NCBI RefSeq assembly: GCF_902459465.1
Contig: NC_047066.1
Coordinates: forward strand, 9,796,001-9,860,000
Source of the DNA: Asterias rubens
Taxonomy: Eukaryota
DNA length: 64,000 nucleotides
Reading direction: 5' to 3'
The notes below the pieces were generated by a model. It made no database searches, had not been told where the DNA came from, and saw nothing but the letters and a program-made list of their open reading frames with translations. Position 1 is the stretch's first letter, and the number at the start of each line of letters is the position of its first letter. Position numbers and translations under genes: made by a program. Shown one piece after another: positions 23,906 through 35,648 of this stretch.

Positions 23906-25907
23906 CTGATCTTTTGGGCTAAACATACAGGTTTCTCTGGTTATGGATTAATCCACCTAATTGGGCTGCTTAAGAAAAGATACATGTTTACATAAACAAA
24001 GATAAGTTGTAAATAAAATTCTCACACCATTTTTGTACATTTAAATATATTAGTATGAAATGATGGACTATTAAAATTGTGTCATAGACATCAAAATGCA
24101 CTATGCAGTGAAAATCGTGTAATTTTCTCTTCAATATTGATTTCACTATTTGCTTTAAAATTTAGTATTCAAGTATTATGGAAAATGCTCCGGTTGTGTT
24201 ATGAAAAATACTTTGGCTGGTTTTACGAGAAAATGCACTGTTGGTTTTTAACAAAAACAAGACTGCCAAATTTGTCCAGTTGTGAATTTACTGACCAGAA
24301 GTTAAAATTACTGGCCTCCAACCTGTGGTCCAGTGTATATTTCAAAATCTACATATCAATGACGAAGTTAATACCAACTGTTTGTTTATCTTGCTCTATG
24401 GTTTATTAAAGTAACCAATAGTACAATTTACATATTTACAATAACTTAAAGCAGTATAAACAGTACAATTTCAATTTTAGATTTGCATTTGGAATATGTT
24501 CAAAGGACGGATAGTTCATGATTGTTTAAAATCAGTTGCACATAATATACAGAAAAATAACAATTGAACCTGTGAGAAGGACACCTACATACATTGATAC
24601 GCTTGATACAAAAACAACTTTATTAAATAACTTATTTGAGAAACCAAGATTCTGCAAAGAGAAATTGACATTCTGCAAAGAGAAATTGACATTTATAACG
24701 ATTACAATTATTACAGGTATGAAAATAATGATAATGGTTTTCAGACGAACGATGTGAAGATTTGGGATTAGGTTTGCGAATGTTTTCTTTTTTTCTTGTT
24801 TTGCAGCTCTCAGTATTTCTCTCAAATTTGTGAATACTTGTGCTACAGTTGTGCAAAATTAGGATCTGGGTCTGAAGGTGTCTCGCTAAAAAATGGCGGC
24901 CGTTGAGAAAGCTTTTCATCATGAAACCAGCATTTGGTTCAGACCCAAGTAAACATGCTAATTGAGCAGGGGTCGATTTCACAAAGAGTAGGAGATACTA
25001 AAAAACGTATCATCCTAACTCGAGATAAGACTAGTCTTAATTCTTTGTGAAATCCACCCCTGGTTATTTATGTCTGACCAAGGCAAGCCACAATAATGAC
25101 GTAAAATCTACTCAAACACACTGGGCTTTAGACCAGGGGCCGATTTCACAAACCAACACAATTCATCCCAAGACAAATTGTCAGTCTTACCATAGTGATT
25201 TGTATTGTGACATCACACTTTACTTAAGCAACTACGATTGATTTGCAGTTAGCTCTTTGTGAAATCGACCTCCCCTGGGTCGACCCAGGGATCAAGCTAT
25301 GTACATGTAAGAATGCAACCAATAGTGTACCTTCCCTTTTTACCAATGCATTGAGGCTTTGCATAAATTTAAAAAAAAGGCATAAATATTCATAAATCCC
25401 TTCATATAACAGTTTAAGGCATTATAGAGGATTGGTGAAGCTGAAAAATAGTCACAGACAGTTTTTATGTTTTGTGTGATCAAATACATCCTAAAACCAA
25501 GTCAAATTTTCAGCATACAAACACACTCCCTAATTTCGGTTGTTTTAGGTTTTCAGATACAGTTTCCTTGAATAGGACTTTATTTCAAAGGGCATTTTTT
25601 CACAGAAAATAAAAAGTTCTACTACAACTGATCGAGGAAGCTTTCAGACTCAAATTCATCAAAAAAATTGAGTCTCAGAATCCATCACTGCAATAACCTA
25701 TCTTTCTGAAAGTTTGTATATACTCAGCGCCTTGAGTACCTTGTTTGGTAGATACGTGTGCTATATAAGATTTTAATATTATTAAATTATTATTATTATT
25801 ACTATTATTATTATTATTATTATTAAACAATGATGAGTATTTATCCTCACGAATCATGTACAATACATTTAACTTTATAACAAAATACATGTAGGTGAGG
25901 AAGTGGA

Positions 25908-28832
25908 TCATTCTTGATCTTGAAGAAACATATTCTCAGCATCTTGAAGAACTCCAGATGAATCATGTAACGTCAACTACAGAGGAAGAGACAACAAAAG
26001 ATTGCATGTAACTGGTTTATCCAGAGAGCTATTATTCAGTCAGGTATTCAGCCTCGAACAAAAAATTCAATATAATCATATTATATAGGCCACTCATAGG
26101 TAGATGTGATGCGATCAAGCTAAATGAGTCGTTTGTCAAACAAATTATTATGGAGAACTGAGCCAAAACAGGCCAGGGGAAAAAATTTAAAATAATTTTT
26201 TTTTTTTTTTAAATTTCAATTTAAATGCTAAAAATACATATTTTCATAGTTTGGCAAATTCTTTCCTGTGAATAACATCAAAATGGAGCTAATATAATAT
26301 TGACATTGACTGAAAATGTGCCGATGTATGTTCAATAACCAACACAATTTGAAAACCCTTTTCTCTCAGGTTAAATCTCTCTCAGGCATGAAGGAGCAGG
26401 AGATGTGAATCAAATGCAAAACAATACACTCACTCCTGTCCCCTCTGGCCCACCTAGTGACCTAGCTCATAAAAATATAACGGTCTTACCTCAGGTATGG
26501 GGTATGTTGTTGGGTCTGGCGCCCCGTCTCTTCCAAAGTCCACTACAGTTCCACATTTGGGTATATCGTCCACCCACACCCCTTCATATACCTGTCCTTT
26601 ATCCAGGTAGAAGAATTTTCCAGGTCCATTCTTCTTGTCCACTTTCCACGAACCCTCGTACCTGTTCTCATCGGCTGCAAAATGAAACAACGAGAATAAT
26701 GTTTGTAGTAACCATAAATGGGCTAGATCTTGCCAGGGCCCAATTTTAAAAACTGTTAAGCAGAGAATACTGCTTAGCAAAGTTCTTACCAGCTGCAAAT
26801 ATGTAAACTTTTCATATGGCATTTTGGCTGGTAATCAGTTTCTGTTTTATAGAAAGCTTTTTGCTGTTCTTAGCATTTTGTTAAAGCTGCAAATTTGAAA
26901 ATAGAATTAGCTGTTGCAAACTCCTTACACTTTATGAAAGGCCTTGGGGTTGAACAAAGACAAATTTACTAGAGTGGGAATTGAACCAACAACCTCCAGA
27001 TTAGTGTGCCCGCGCAATACCAACTGATGAGCTATCTAGCACTATGTTGGCGGTCTCCCTACATTATACCTTGAGCATGTGTTGAGATATCAAATAAGAA
27101 ACAGTAGGACTTTCTCTCTGCTCTTCATCATTATGGTTATTTGACACCTCATGAGTAGGCTTTGGGTCATGATCACGGGCATGGCCTTGGGGAAGTGGGT
27201 TTCAGGGTGAATGTTTTTGTTACAACTACTGTGCTATTAACTGCTAAGATAAAAATCACAGCAGTAGAACTGTTGAGTAGAAATCAGACATTTTGGCTAA
27301 TGGGAACCTAATGGGGCAAACTTGCAAAAAAAACTTCTTTTTTTTAAATGGAAACTTAAACTGATTCTCTGAGCTTAACACCTCTTGAAATTAACATACC
27401 CAATCGAAGCATCCCTTGTCCGCTACGCTGGTCATTGTACCATTCCCCTTCATAGATGCTACCATCTCCATAGTACATACGACCCCATCCACTCCGCTTA
27501 TCAGCATACCATTCACCCTCATAGTATTCATCTGCTGAAAAGAAGTTTGTTCCGTAACCCTGAGAAAAAAAAAAAAAAAAAAATTGTGAGTTTTTTGTTT
27601 TCAGTATTTCATTAGACCAATACTCAGAGACACAAATTTCATTGAAGGTGATTTTTTCAGCAGGACAGTCCATCTTGTTAATTTTTATCGGGGGGGGTTT
27701 CTTGAAGACTGTTTGAGGCGACTGTTGCAGCCTCGAAATAACCCACGACACCCTCATTAAATGCTGTGGTGCCCTATGCTTTTGCTGAGGTTCCCTTTGC
27801 AAAATTACAATACAAATTAAAATTTTCCTCCTAGCTAGAAGTGCCCCTTACCAGAGGAAAATTGCTGTGCCCCTTCTCTGTTTAGGGTATAAAAAGTGCT
27901 TTATTTGTCCATTACCGAAGTACTTCATTAAAAAGTTTCTCAAAATATTGCATCACTTTCCAAAGTAATTTTGTATTGCCGATAATTTTCAGAATCAATA
28001 TTAAGTGTGTACAGACCCTTTAAAAAGGCAACATGCGGAAAGACAATACTATTTTTTATCCTCACATGTTTCTTGTCGTTCTTCCAGCCTCCAGAGTAAA
28101 CCCTCTTAAAGCCACCCTCACTGGAGGGATAACTAAGGGTACCAAAGCCATTTCTCTTTCCACACTTCCAATCACCATCATAGATAGCTCCCGTCTTCTT
28201 CCACTTTTGTGTTCCTTTCCCTGTAAAAGAAAATCAACAAGAAAAATAAGTTTTAAGAACATTTTTTTTTTTTCCAAGAATTTCAGAAAACTCCCACAAG
28301 AGAAGCTCCTGTTTTCTTCCACTTTTGTGTTCATTTCCCTGTCAAAGAAAATCAACAAAAAAATAAGTTTTAAGAACATTTTTTTTTTTTTCCCAAGAAT
28401 TTCAGAAAACTCCCAAAAGGGGATATAAACACCAAGCTGGCAACAGCTAATCTCTCTCACACAAACATTGATTTAACGTCTATGACGAAGAATTGCACAA
28501 ATCAAGAAGTTGTGATTCAAAAATTAGACGAGAAAACTCAATTCTAGTCATTGTGTTAAATCAGCAGTTATCTTGGTAGGACTCAAACCCACAACCTTGT
28601 GAATGCAAGTCCTGCAGCCTTACCACTGGACCACGGTGACCACTGTTGTAAGAAAGAAAGATACCGGTACTAATTTAAGAGACTCACCATGCTTTTTGTT
28701 ATCCAGCCATTCTCCTGTGAACTCATCACCATTGACTGAATAAACAGTGTTTCTTGTGCCTTTCTTCTGAGCTTTGTAATCCCAATCTTTCCATAATGGC
28801 TGCTTCTGTCGAGGGACCTTTTTGTACGGCAT
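25908..28832 (-). CDS. MORN3: MORN repeat-containing protein 3. Exons: complement(28688..28832, 28066..28220, 27400..27559, 26490..26674, 25908..25976)
   Basis: PLWKDWDYKAQKKG N-terminus; MORN repeats (YDGDWKCGKRNGFG, YEGEWYADKRSGWG, YEGSWKVDKKNGPG); DIPKCG; phase-consistent exons. Confidence 0.93.
28186..28421 (-). repeat. 118-bp tandem duplication spanning the MORN3 coding exon 2 acceptor
   Basis: Acceptors at 28220/28221 and 28338/28339; identical flanking intronic text repeated. Confidence 0.9.
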
Positions 28833-28983
28833 TTTATATTACACTTACAGGTCTGCTGATAAAAACAAATGAAAAGATTAAGATGCATGTGTTTTTCATT
28901 AACTTAAGTTAAATGTAGGCCTGTTGTCAATACCAATTTGTTTTTTATTTAGGGGGTAGAGTAAGTGGCCTATACAAATAAAA

Positions 28984-29140
28984 CAGGGGTGGATTTCACA
29001 AAGAGTTAGGACTAGTCTTATCTCAAGTTAGGACCAGTTACTCGTCCTAACTTAGGACTATCCATGCAATTTTTATATCTCCTAGGACTAGTCCTAAGTA
29101 AGTTAGGACTAGTCCTAACTCTTTGTGAAATCGACCCCTG
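28984..29140. mobile_element. Foldback MITE family GGGTCGATTTCACAAAGAGTTAGGACTAG with internal AGGACTAGTCCT palindromes; other copies 24967..25062, 34739..34878, 46236..46334, 58692..58836
   Basis: Long inverted arms visible in each copy. Confidence 0.8.
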
Positions 29141-29713
29141 GTCTGCTAAGTAAGGAGTCGGACAAGGTTTAACATGTTTAACATTAAAAATGAACAAGTA
29201 TTCACAACCCAATTATTACCGTTGTCACCATTTCAACCTTTATATATTAACATAGTTGCGATAACGTAACCCTCCTCCCGACGGCCGGCAGCTAACTAAC
29301 ATGATTTATTAAATATAGTTAAAACAGATAATTATTAATTATTGACTAGCAGGCAAAGAAACTATAACTAGGACTAGGCCTATTTAGATAGTTAGTATAA
29401 ATATAAGAATTTATTTAAAATTATAAAATTACTGTAAAAATCGTCTTTCAATTCAAAAGATATTCATTTGAAAAGTTGTTTTTTGATTATATAGCCTAAA
29501 CATAATGATTTGGTTTACTCATGGTTTAGGCCTACTACTAAAAAAAGTAAAACAATAAAAATGTTGACAATCGTGCAAAACAAAATCAATCAAGGCCAAG
29601 GGAAGTTTTGTCTTCTGTTTTTAGTCCGAAAACAATAAATTAATCTGCCTTAAAGGAAAGTAAACAAGCTATATAACTAAAAAATGTTTTAATTAATATA
29701 CATTATTCCTTAC

Positions 29714-29988
29714 TTTGTTTTGTTCTTTATGCACCTTCCTTCCTTTCTTGCTTTCCCCGTCATTCGTCAACATCCAAAAAAAGCGAGTCCAGTCAGAAAT
29801 TGATTTCGTATACAATGACCATGGTAACTATTACAGTCTTCTGCTAGACGTCGATGTAACAGTGTAAGACCATCACAAAATTCTCAAAGAGCCAGACTAT
29901 TTTATACAATTTTGATAGCGCCCTCTATTGGTCCAATTTAGTTCTGTCTATAAAATCATTCAAGGGTCGTTGTCGGCGCAGATTGTGG
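29714..29988. promoter_or_regulatory. Compact bidirectional promoter MORN3/MUL1 with an RFX X-box-like and a CTCF-like motif
   Basis: Minus-strand donor (CTTAC 29709-29713) and plus-strand donor TGTG|GTGAGT at 29988; ATGACCATGGTAAC 29815-29828; AGCGCCCTCTATTGG 29917-29931. Confidence 0.55.
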
Positions 29989-30987
29989 TGAGTAAAACAT
30001 CAAAAACTGTCGTGGAATACGTTCATAAAAATGTCAATGTTATGTTACTGTTCCAATTAGTGTAATATGTATAACATTCAGAGATTACTACTTCTTCAAG
30101 CGAAGTTAAGTAATTGTCATTTTCTGGGGACTGGGGCAGGCTAAACTGCTATTAAAATTATAAATAAAAATAAAATTACATTAAAACACATTGCCTTCTG
30201 AACTGCTGAATCTGTGAATTATGAATTATTATGCAACAGCAAATCGACAGCAGAGGAGCGCACTATGGTCCAATCGAATGTCAGACAACTTTCACATTCA
30301 GACGAGTGAATTTTATATCATAAGACAACTCAACAGAAATGATAGATGGCCTGGTGGTGTTTCCTCTTGACTGCCTAGCCTCTGAACTGACGACTGACCT
30401 TGCAACAGAATCGCAAGACACCACCACTCACCAGCATGACCAGCAAGCGTGCATGCAGCTGATTGCAGACGGGGCCTCGGCACAGGGGCCAACTGTGGAC
30501 CATCGTACAGCACTGTACTGGCACGGTCGGGCATCTGCTGGGGTGCGGGGTAGGGATGAGTCCGAGTGACAAGGGTGCTTGAATATCTGTGCAACCCTGC
30601 CATCTTTGCGTGAGAGGCGATTCACACAATCTCCGGGGGACAGATTCCCGTCTGCCAGCAATTTGGCTTAGTCTTACTAGCTAGAGGCATTTGACTCAGT
30701 CAAATAATATGCACAAGTATCTTGAAAAAAAGGTCACACTTTCTCTACAATTAATATGCAGGCATGCAGCTACCCTCAAACCAGTTGCCTCCGACCAAAA
30801 TGGGTGCACCCACAGATTGCTCATCATTAATCACATCAACAATCTGGATAACGGTCTGAAGTCAACTCAGTCTGAGTCAAACTCATTGACTTCAGACCTA
30901 GGTGACCATGAACCGGCAACCTTATACACTTAATAATAATGGCTTGTCATAGTACTGTACAGGCCGTGCTCTTTTGCTTTTTGTTAA

Positions 30988-31365
30988 AGGCAGTGGACAC
31001 TATTGGTAATTGTCAAAGACTAGCCTTCACAGTTGGTGTATCTCAACATATGCAGAAAATAACAAACCTGTGAAAGTTTGAGCTCATTTGGTCATCGAAC
31101 TTGCAAGATAATAATGAAAGAAAAAACACCCCTGTCACACGAAGTTGTGTGCATTTAGATGGTTGATTTCGAGAGGTCAAGTTCTAAATCTGAGGTCTCG
31201 AAATCAAATTTGTGGAAAACTACTTCTTTCTCGAAAACTATGGCACTTCAGAGGGAGCCGTTTCTCACAATGTTTTATACCATCAACCTCTCCCCATTAC
31301 TCGTTACTAAGTAAGGTTTTATGCTAATAACTATTTTGAGTAATTACCAATAGTGTCCACTGCCT
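30988..31365. mobile_element. Complete Kolobok-type MITE
   Basis: TTAA|AGGCAGTGGACACTATTGG ... CCAATAGTGTCCACTGCCT|TTAA. Confidence 0.88.
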
Positions 31366-31613
31366 TTAAGTGGCCAACAGGGCTTATAAACTCTGGGTTT
31401 AACTTGCCCCATAACAAGTTGCATAGTTGCCCAGTTTTAAGTAGCTCACAGGGTAAGTTGAGAAGTGATGTTTACTAGCCCGTAGCAGTTTTGACTAGAA
31501 AATGTACGACGGGCTAGTGTTAAGGGCGAGCACTACTACTGTTGTACCAAACAACTCTCTGATTAAAAATTGATTGATTTTCTTTTTTAGCTAGACTTGC
31601 TAGGAGACTCAAG

Positions 31614-33518
31614 ATGGAGAATCTAGAAGTAGTAGTACTTGCAGGCAGCTCAGCCATTACTGGGATTATTGGCTACTACTTATGGAAGGAAGCAAAGTAT
31701 CTCGGCCATGTCAAGGTATTAAAGATAAGGGCAGGAATCATCTAGTCACAAATGTTGAGCGCTTAGTGGAAACACTTGCAAGTTTTGAAACAAGCAACTG
31801 CGACAGAAAAACTTGGCGGAATTTTATTTCTGAACATGGTGAAAGGGCAACTGGCCATTTTTATTTTGCAAAGGACACTTCCATTGGAAAATCTTAAAGT
31901 TAGTGAGAAACTTTTGAAGGGCATCGAGGCCAAGACCAGGGCAACAGGGGGCGAGCCCATGGCATCCGTGGCCAGTGTGTTATTCCAGATATAAGCAAAT
32001 TAAGAGGTTCTTTTTTTCTCTTTTTTTTCTCAAAAAATAATGTAAATACTTGCATATTATTTTAGTGAATTTTTTTTTTAAAGAGAACAACTTGATGGTT
32101 TTTTTTTTTTTTTTTTTTTTTCAGGATGCACCTCGTCTTACCATAGATCGTAACTTCAAAGCCATCGTTGATGAAGCCCCAAAGCACACAATACCGTACG
32201 CAGTCGTTGAGGGCAGTGTTGCCGCACTAGGTACACCACTCAAGAGTGAAAACGCATCAGGTCTTCTTGGGGTGATTCAGACATTAATCTGTAGAGAACA
32301 TAAAACTTACTGGAGTGGTAGCACTCGGTTGTGGTGAGTATTCATTATGATGATGCCAAATTTGCAAAAAATAGTCAATGGCCTGACATTTGACCCTAGC
32401 AGTGTCTAGTCTTTCTTGAAGGCTAAATGACAACACAGCACATACAAAAATGTTTGGCCATTACCTATTTTTGCGCTTAATACCATACCTTTTGGTTGGT
32501 AACCAGTTTGCAACACCAATTCTACTTTCTTGTTCATGCCAAATTTGCGTAAATTGTATTCATTTGATAATTTATTTAAATTGTTCTTTGACAGTAAGCA
32601 AAAGGCAATTTGTGCAATTTCTTCAAGACTAATTATTTCTTTGAACATTTCATTGAACCCAAGCAAACAATCTGGATGTTTTATCCATGAGAAGAAGATC
32701 AAATTTATTGTTTGAATCGATGGGTTGAAGTTGCAAATGCACAGGGTACTTAAATCAACTTCTAAAATTGTTTTTCCGCCATAATTATCTCTTACAGGCA
32801 TGACACCACACGGCTGATCAGAAACATATCCCACACGGTGCCATTTGAACTACGGGGCAACAAGGCAAGTGTAAAGGTCGATGACCCCCTCTCAGCCGTC
32901 GGACTTGAAATTCCCATCGTCCACGACTCCTTTGAGCCCTCCTCTACATCTCTGGGTGAACACATTGTCAGCTGGGCCAGCGGGGAAAAAACAAAAGGCT
33001 TCCAAACAATGGAGAGAATGCTCTCGGAGGGGACGGTTCTTACGGGTGTCGGAATGATCTCAACATCAACTGGTACCTTGATGCTTGGTCCCCCTGCTAC
33101 CTCGGATAGACTCTACATCCTAGGAAGGACTGGCTTTAGCGGTGTTGTAAGAGACTTACAGTCCAAGTTGAACCAGCTCAGGTTTATGCTGTATGTTAGC
33201 GGGTCTATCACGGCGTTGCTGTCTGCCTTGTGGGCGTACAGGTGGTACAAGCAGTACTGCGAGAAGGTTGCTCACGAAATGCAAGTGGAGAGAGTGCTTC
33301 AGAACCGGGCCCAGGACGATAACGAAGGGACCAATATCGATCAAGAGATCAATGAAGACAACACGTGCACGATTTGTCTAACCAATCGGAGGGATGTGGT
33401 GCTGCTGGAATGCGGGCACATCTGCACGTGTGCGCGGTGTGCGAGATTACTACAACCTCCACAGTGCCCAATATGTAGGCAACGTGTCAAACGTGTTGTA
33501 CCACTTTTTAATGCGTAG
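31614..33518 (+). CDS. MUL1: Mitochondrial E3 ubiquitin ligase MUL1/MAPL. Exons: 31614..31715, 32125..32333, 32798..33518
   Basis: N-terminal TM segment, GIDE-type region (PYAVVEGSV, FQTMERMLSEGTVLTGVG), second TM segment, C-terminal C3HC4 RING (CTIC...CGHICTCARC...CPICRQ). Confidence 0.93.
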
Positions 33519-33838
33519 CATTCTTAGAAACAATTGTGTGAACAAAAATCAGTTTTAAAAATCGATTTGGTTGTAATTAGACGATAGGAAAAAGTTGTGG
33601 GTGTAAAAGACATCATTGGATACCGGTATACCATTTTATCATGTCTGTTATAAAGGCAAAGTATATTGGTTTTTTGAACCGCGTTGGATTGTTTTAATCA
33701 AATGTATAAAATCAAACTAACATGTGCAAATTTCATTTCAAAAGGTGGACACGCTTTTGAAATATTGCTGAAATTCAGAAATTCAGAAATTCAGTCCATG
33801 CAGGAAGGTTAATCCGTAAACGGAATACACTATCTGAG

Positions 33839-33870
33839 CATGGAGCAATAAACTAGTTTATTGCTCCATG
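33839..33870. mobile_element. Perfect 32-bp palindrome with 7-bp TSD: P-superfamily-like excision footprint
   Basis: ATCTGAG-CATGGAGCAATAAACTAGTTTATTGCTCCATG-ATCTGAG (TSD 33832-33838 and 33871-33877). Confidence 0.8.
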
Positions 33871-34380
33871 ATCTGAGTAACTTTACTCCCAGTACGCTTC
33901 TAAGATTCAAACTTTTTGGGCATAAAAACGGATATCTTTTTACATAACCGCATAACTTTGAAGTGAATGTTTTCTCAAAATGCTTTAAACCACCGTAAGC
34001 TGCAGTAGGCTTCTAACCCCAAAATTGTAATGCCATTTATTAAGAGTGATTACCAAATGTATACCTTCACTTAACAATGTTTTTAAAGCAAAAAATTGTG
34101 AATTTGCAGCAACACCAAAACAATAAGAATTTTTACTGTAGGATGTAATGGTTTTGATTAATATACATGCTTTAACCATGTTATATGAAACATTATCATG
34201 TTAACAAAATAGCGACCGAGCCTGGACTTAATGAAGTCATGATTTGTACACGGCCCAGTGGAAGAAAACCATAATAAATCTTGTATTTTATAGAGATTGC
34301 ACCGTCTGGTATTTAGCAACTTTTGGTTGAAGAAAGGGTGCACAATCTCAAAATTTCTTCTTTTTCTATTTAATTATTAA

Positions 34381-34665
34381 AGGCAGTGGACACTATTGGT
34401 AATTACTCAAAATAATGATTAGCATAAAACCTTTCTTGGTGACGAGTAATGGGGAGAGGTTGATGGTATAAAACATTGTGAGAAATGGCTCCCTCTGAAG
34501 TGCCATAGTTTTCGAGAAAGAAGTGATTTTCCGCGAATTTGATTTCAAGACCTCAGATTTAGAACTTGAGGTCTCGAAATCAACCATCTATAAAACACAC
34601 GCAACTTCGTGTAATAAGGGTGTTTTGTTCTTTCATTATTATCTCGCAAGTTCGATGACCGATTG
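34381..34665. mobile_element. Kolobok-type MITE truncated by the GATTTCACAAAG family
   Basis: TTAA|AGGCAGTGGACAC start; homology ends near 34660. Confidence 0.7.
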
Positions 34666-35269
34666 ATTTCACAAAGAGTTACGACAAGTCCTAGGAGATA
34701 TGAAAATATCCAGGCTTAGTTCTTTGTGAAATCCACTCCTGGGGTCGATTTCACAAAGAGTTAGGACTAGTCCTAGGAGATATTAAAAACGTATTGCTAG
34801 TCCTCAGTAAGTTAGGACGAGTAACTAGTTCTAAGTTAAAATAAGACTAGTCTTAATTCTTTGTGAAATCCACCCCAGGATCTGTAAGTTTTAAAAGTTG
34901 ATTGTTGTGCTTGGGATGACTATTGGAGAACACTAAGTTAGAATTATATCTATGCATGGTTTACTTTATACTGGATTTTCCCCGATTAGAATAGCATGAC
35001 AAAAAAAGTTCCCACCCTGTTCTTTGAGACATTTTTGATTGTGTTGCACTATTGTGCGTTCTGCTGGGATGTGTTCACCATTGAAATGTGTTCAGCATTG
35101 CAATGGTGAACACATCTCAGCAATATAGTAGTGTCGTATTTTTTATGTCATTATGAATTCAAAACCACAGTTGGATGATATTAAATGATCAGCATTCTCT
35201 GATATAAAATCACTGATTCAACATGGAAATACCTTGCTACTTTTCAGTGTTTTTTGTATTTCTGTTTAA

Positions 35270-35648
35270 AGGCAGTGGACACTATTGGTAATTACTGAAA
35301 ATAATTATTAGCACGAAACCTTACTTGGTAACAAGTAATGGGGAGAGGTTGGTAGTATAAAACATTGTGAGAAACGGCTCCCTCTGAAGTGGAGTAGTTT
35401 TCGAGAAAGAAGTAATTTTCCACGAATTTGATATGAGACCTCAAGTTTAGAACTTGAGGTCTCGAAATCAACCATCTAAAACGCACACAACTTCATGGTG
35501 ACAAAGGTGTTTTTTCTTTCAATTTTATCTCGCAACTTCGACGACCAATTGAGCTCAAATTTTCACAGGTTTGTTATTTCATGCACATGTTGAGATACAC
35601 CAAGTGAAAAGACTGGTCTTTGACAATAACCAATAGTGTCCACTGCCT
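35270..35648. mobile_element. Complete Kolobok-type MITE
   Basis: TTAA|AGGCAGTGGACACTATTGG ... CCAATAGTGTCCACTGCCT|TTAA. Confidence 0.88.

Noticed and set aside
28033-28460. 131- and 132-aa ORFs with internal repeats
   Set aside because: Artefacts of MORN3 exon 2 in other frames plus the 118-bp duplication.
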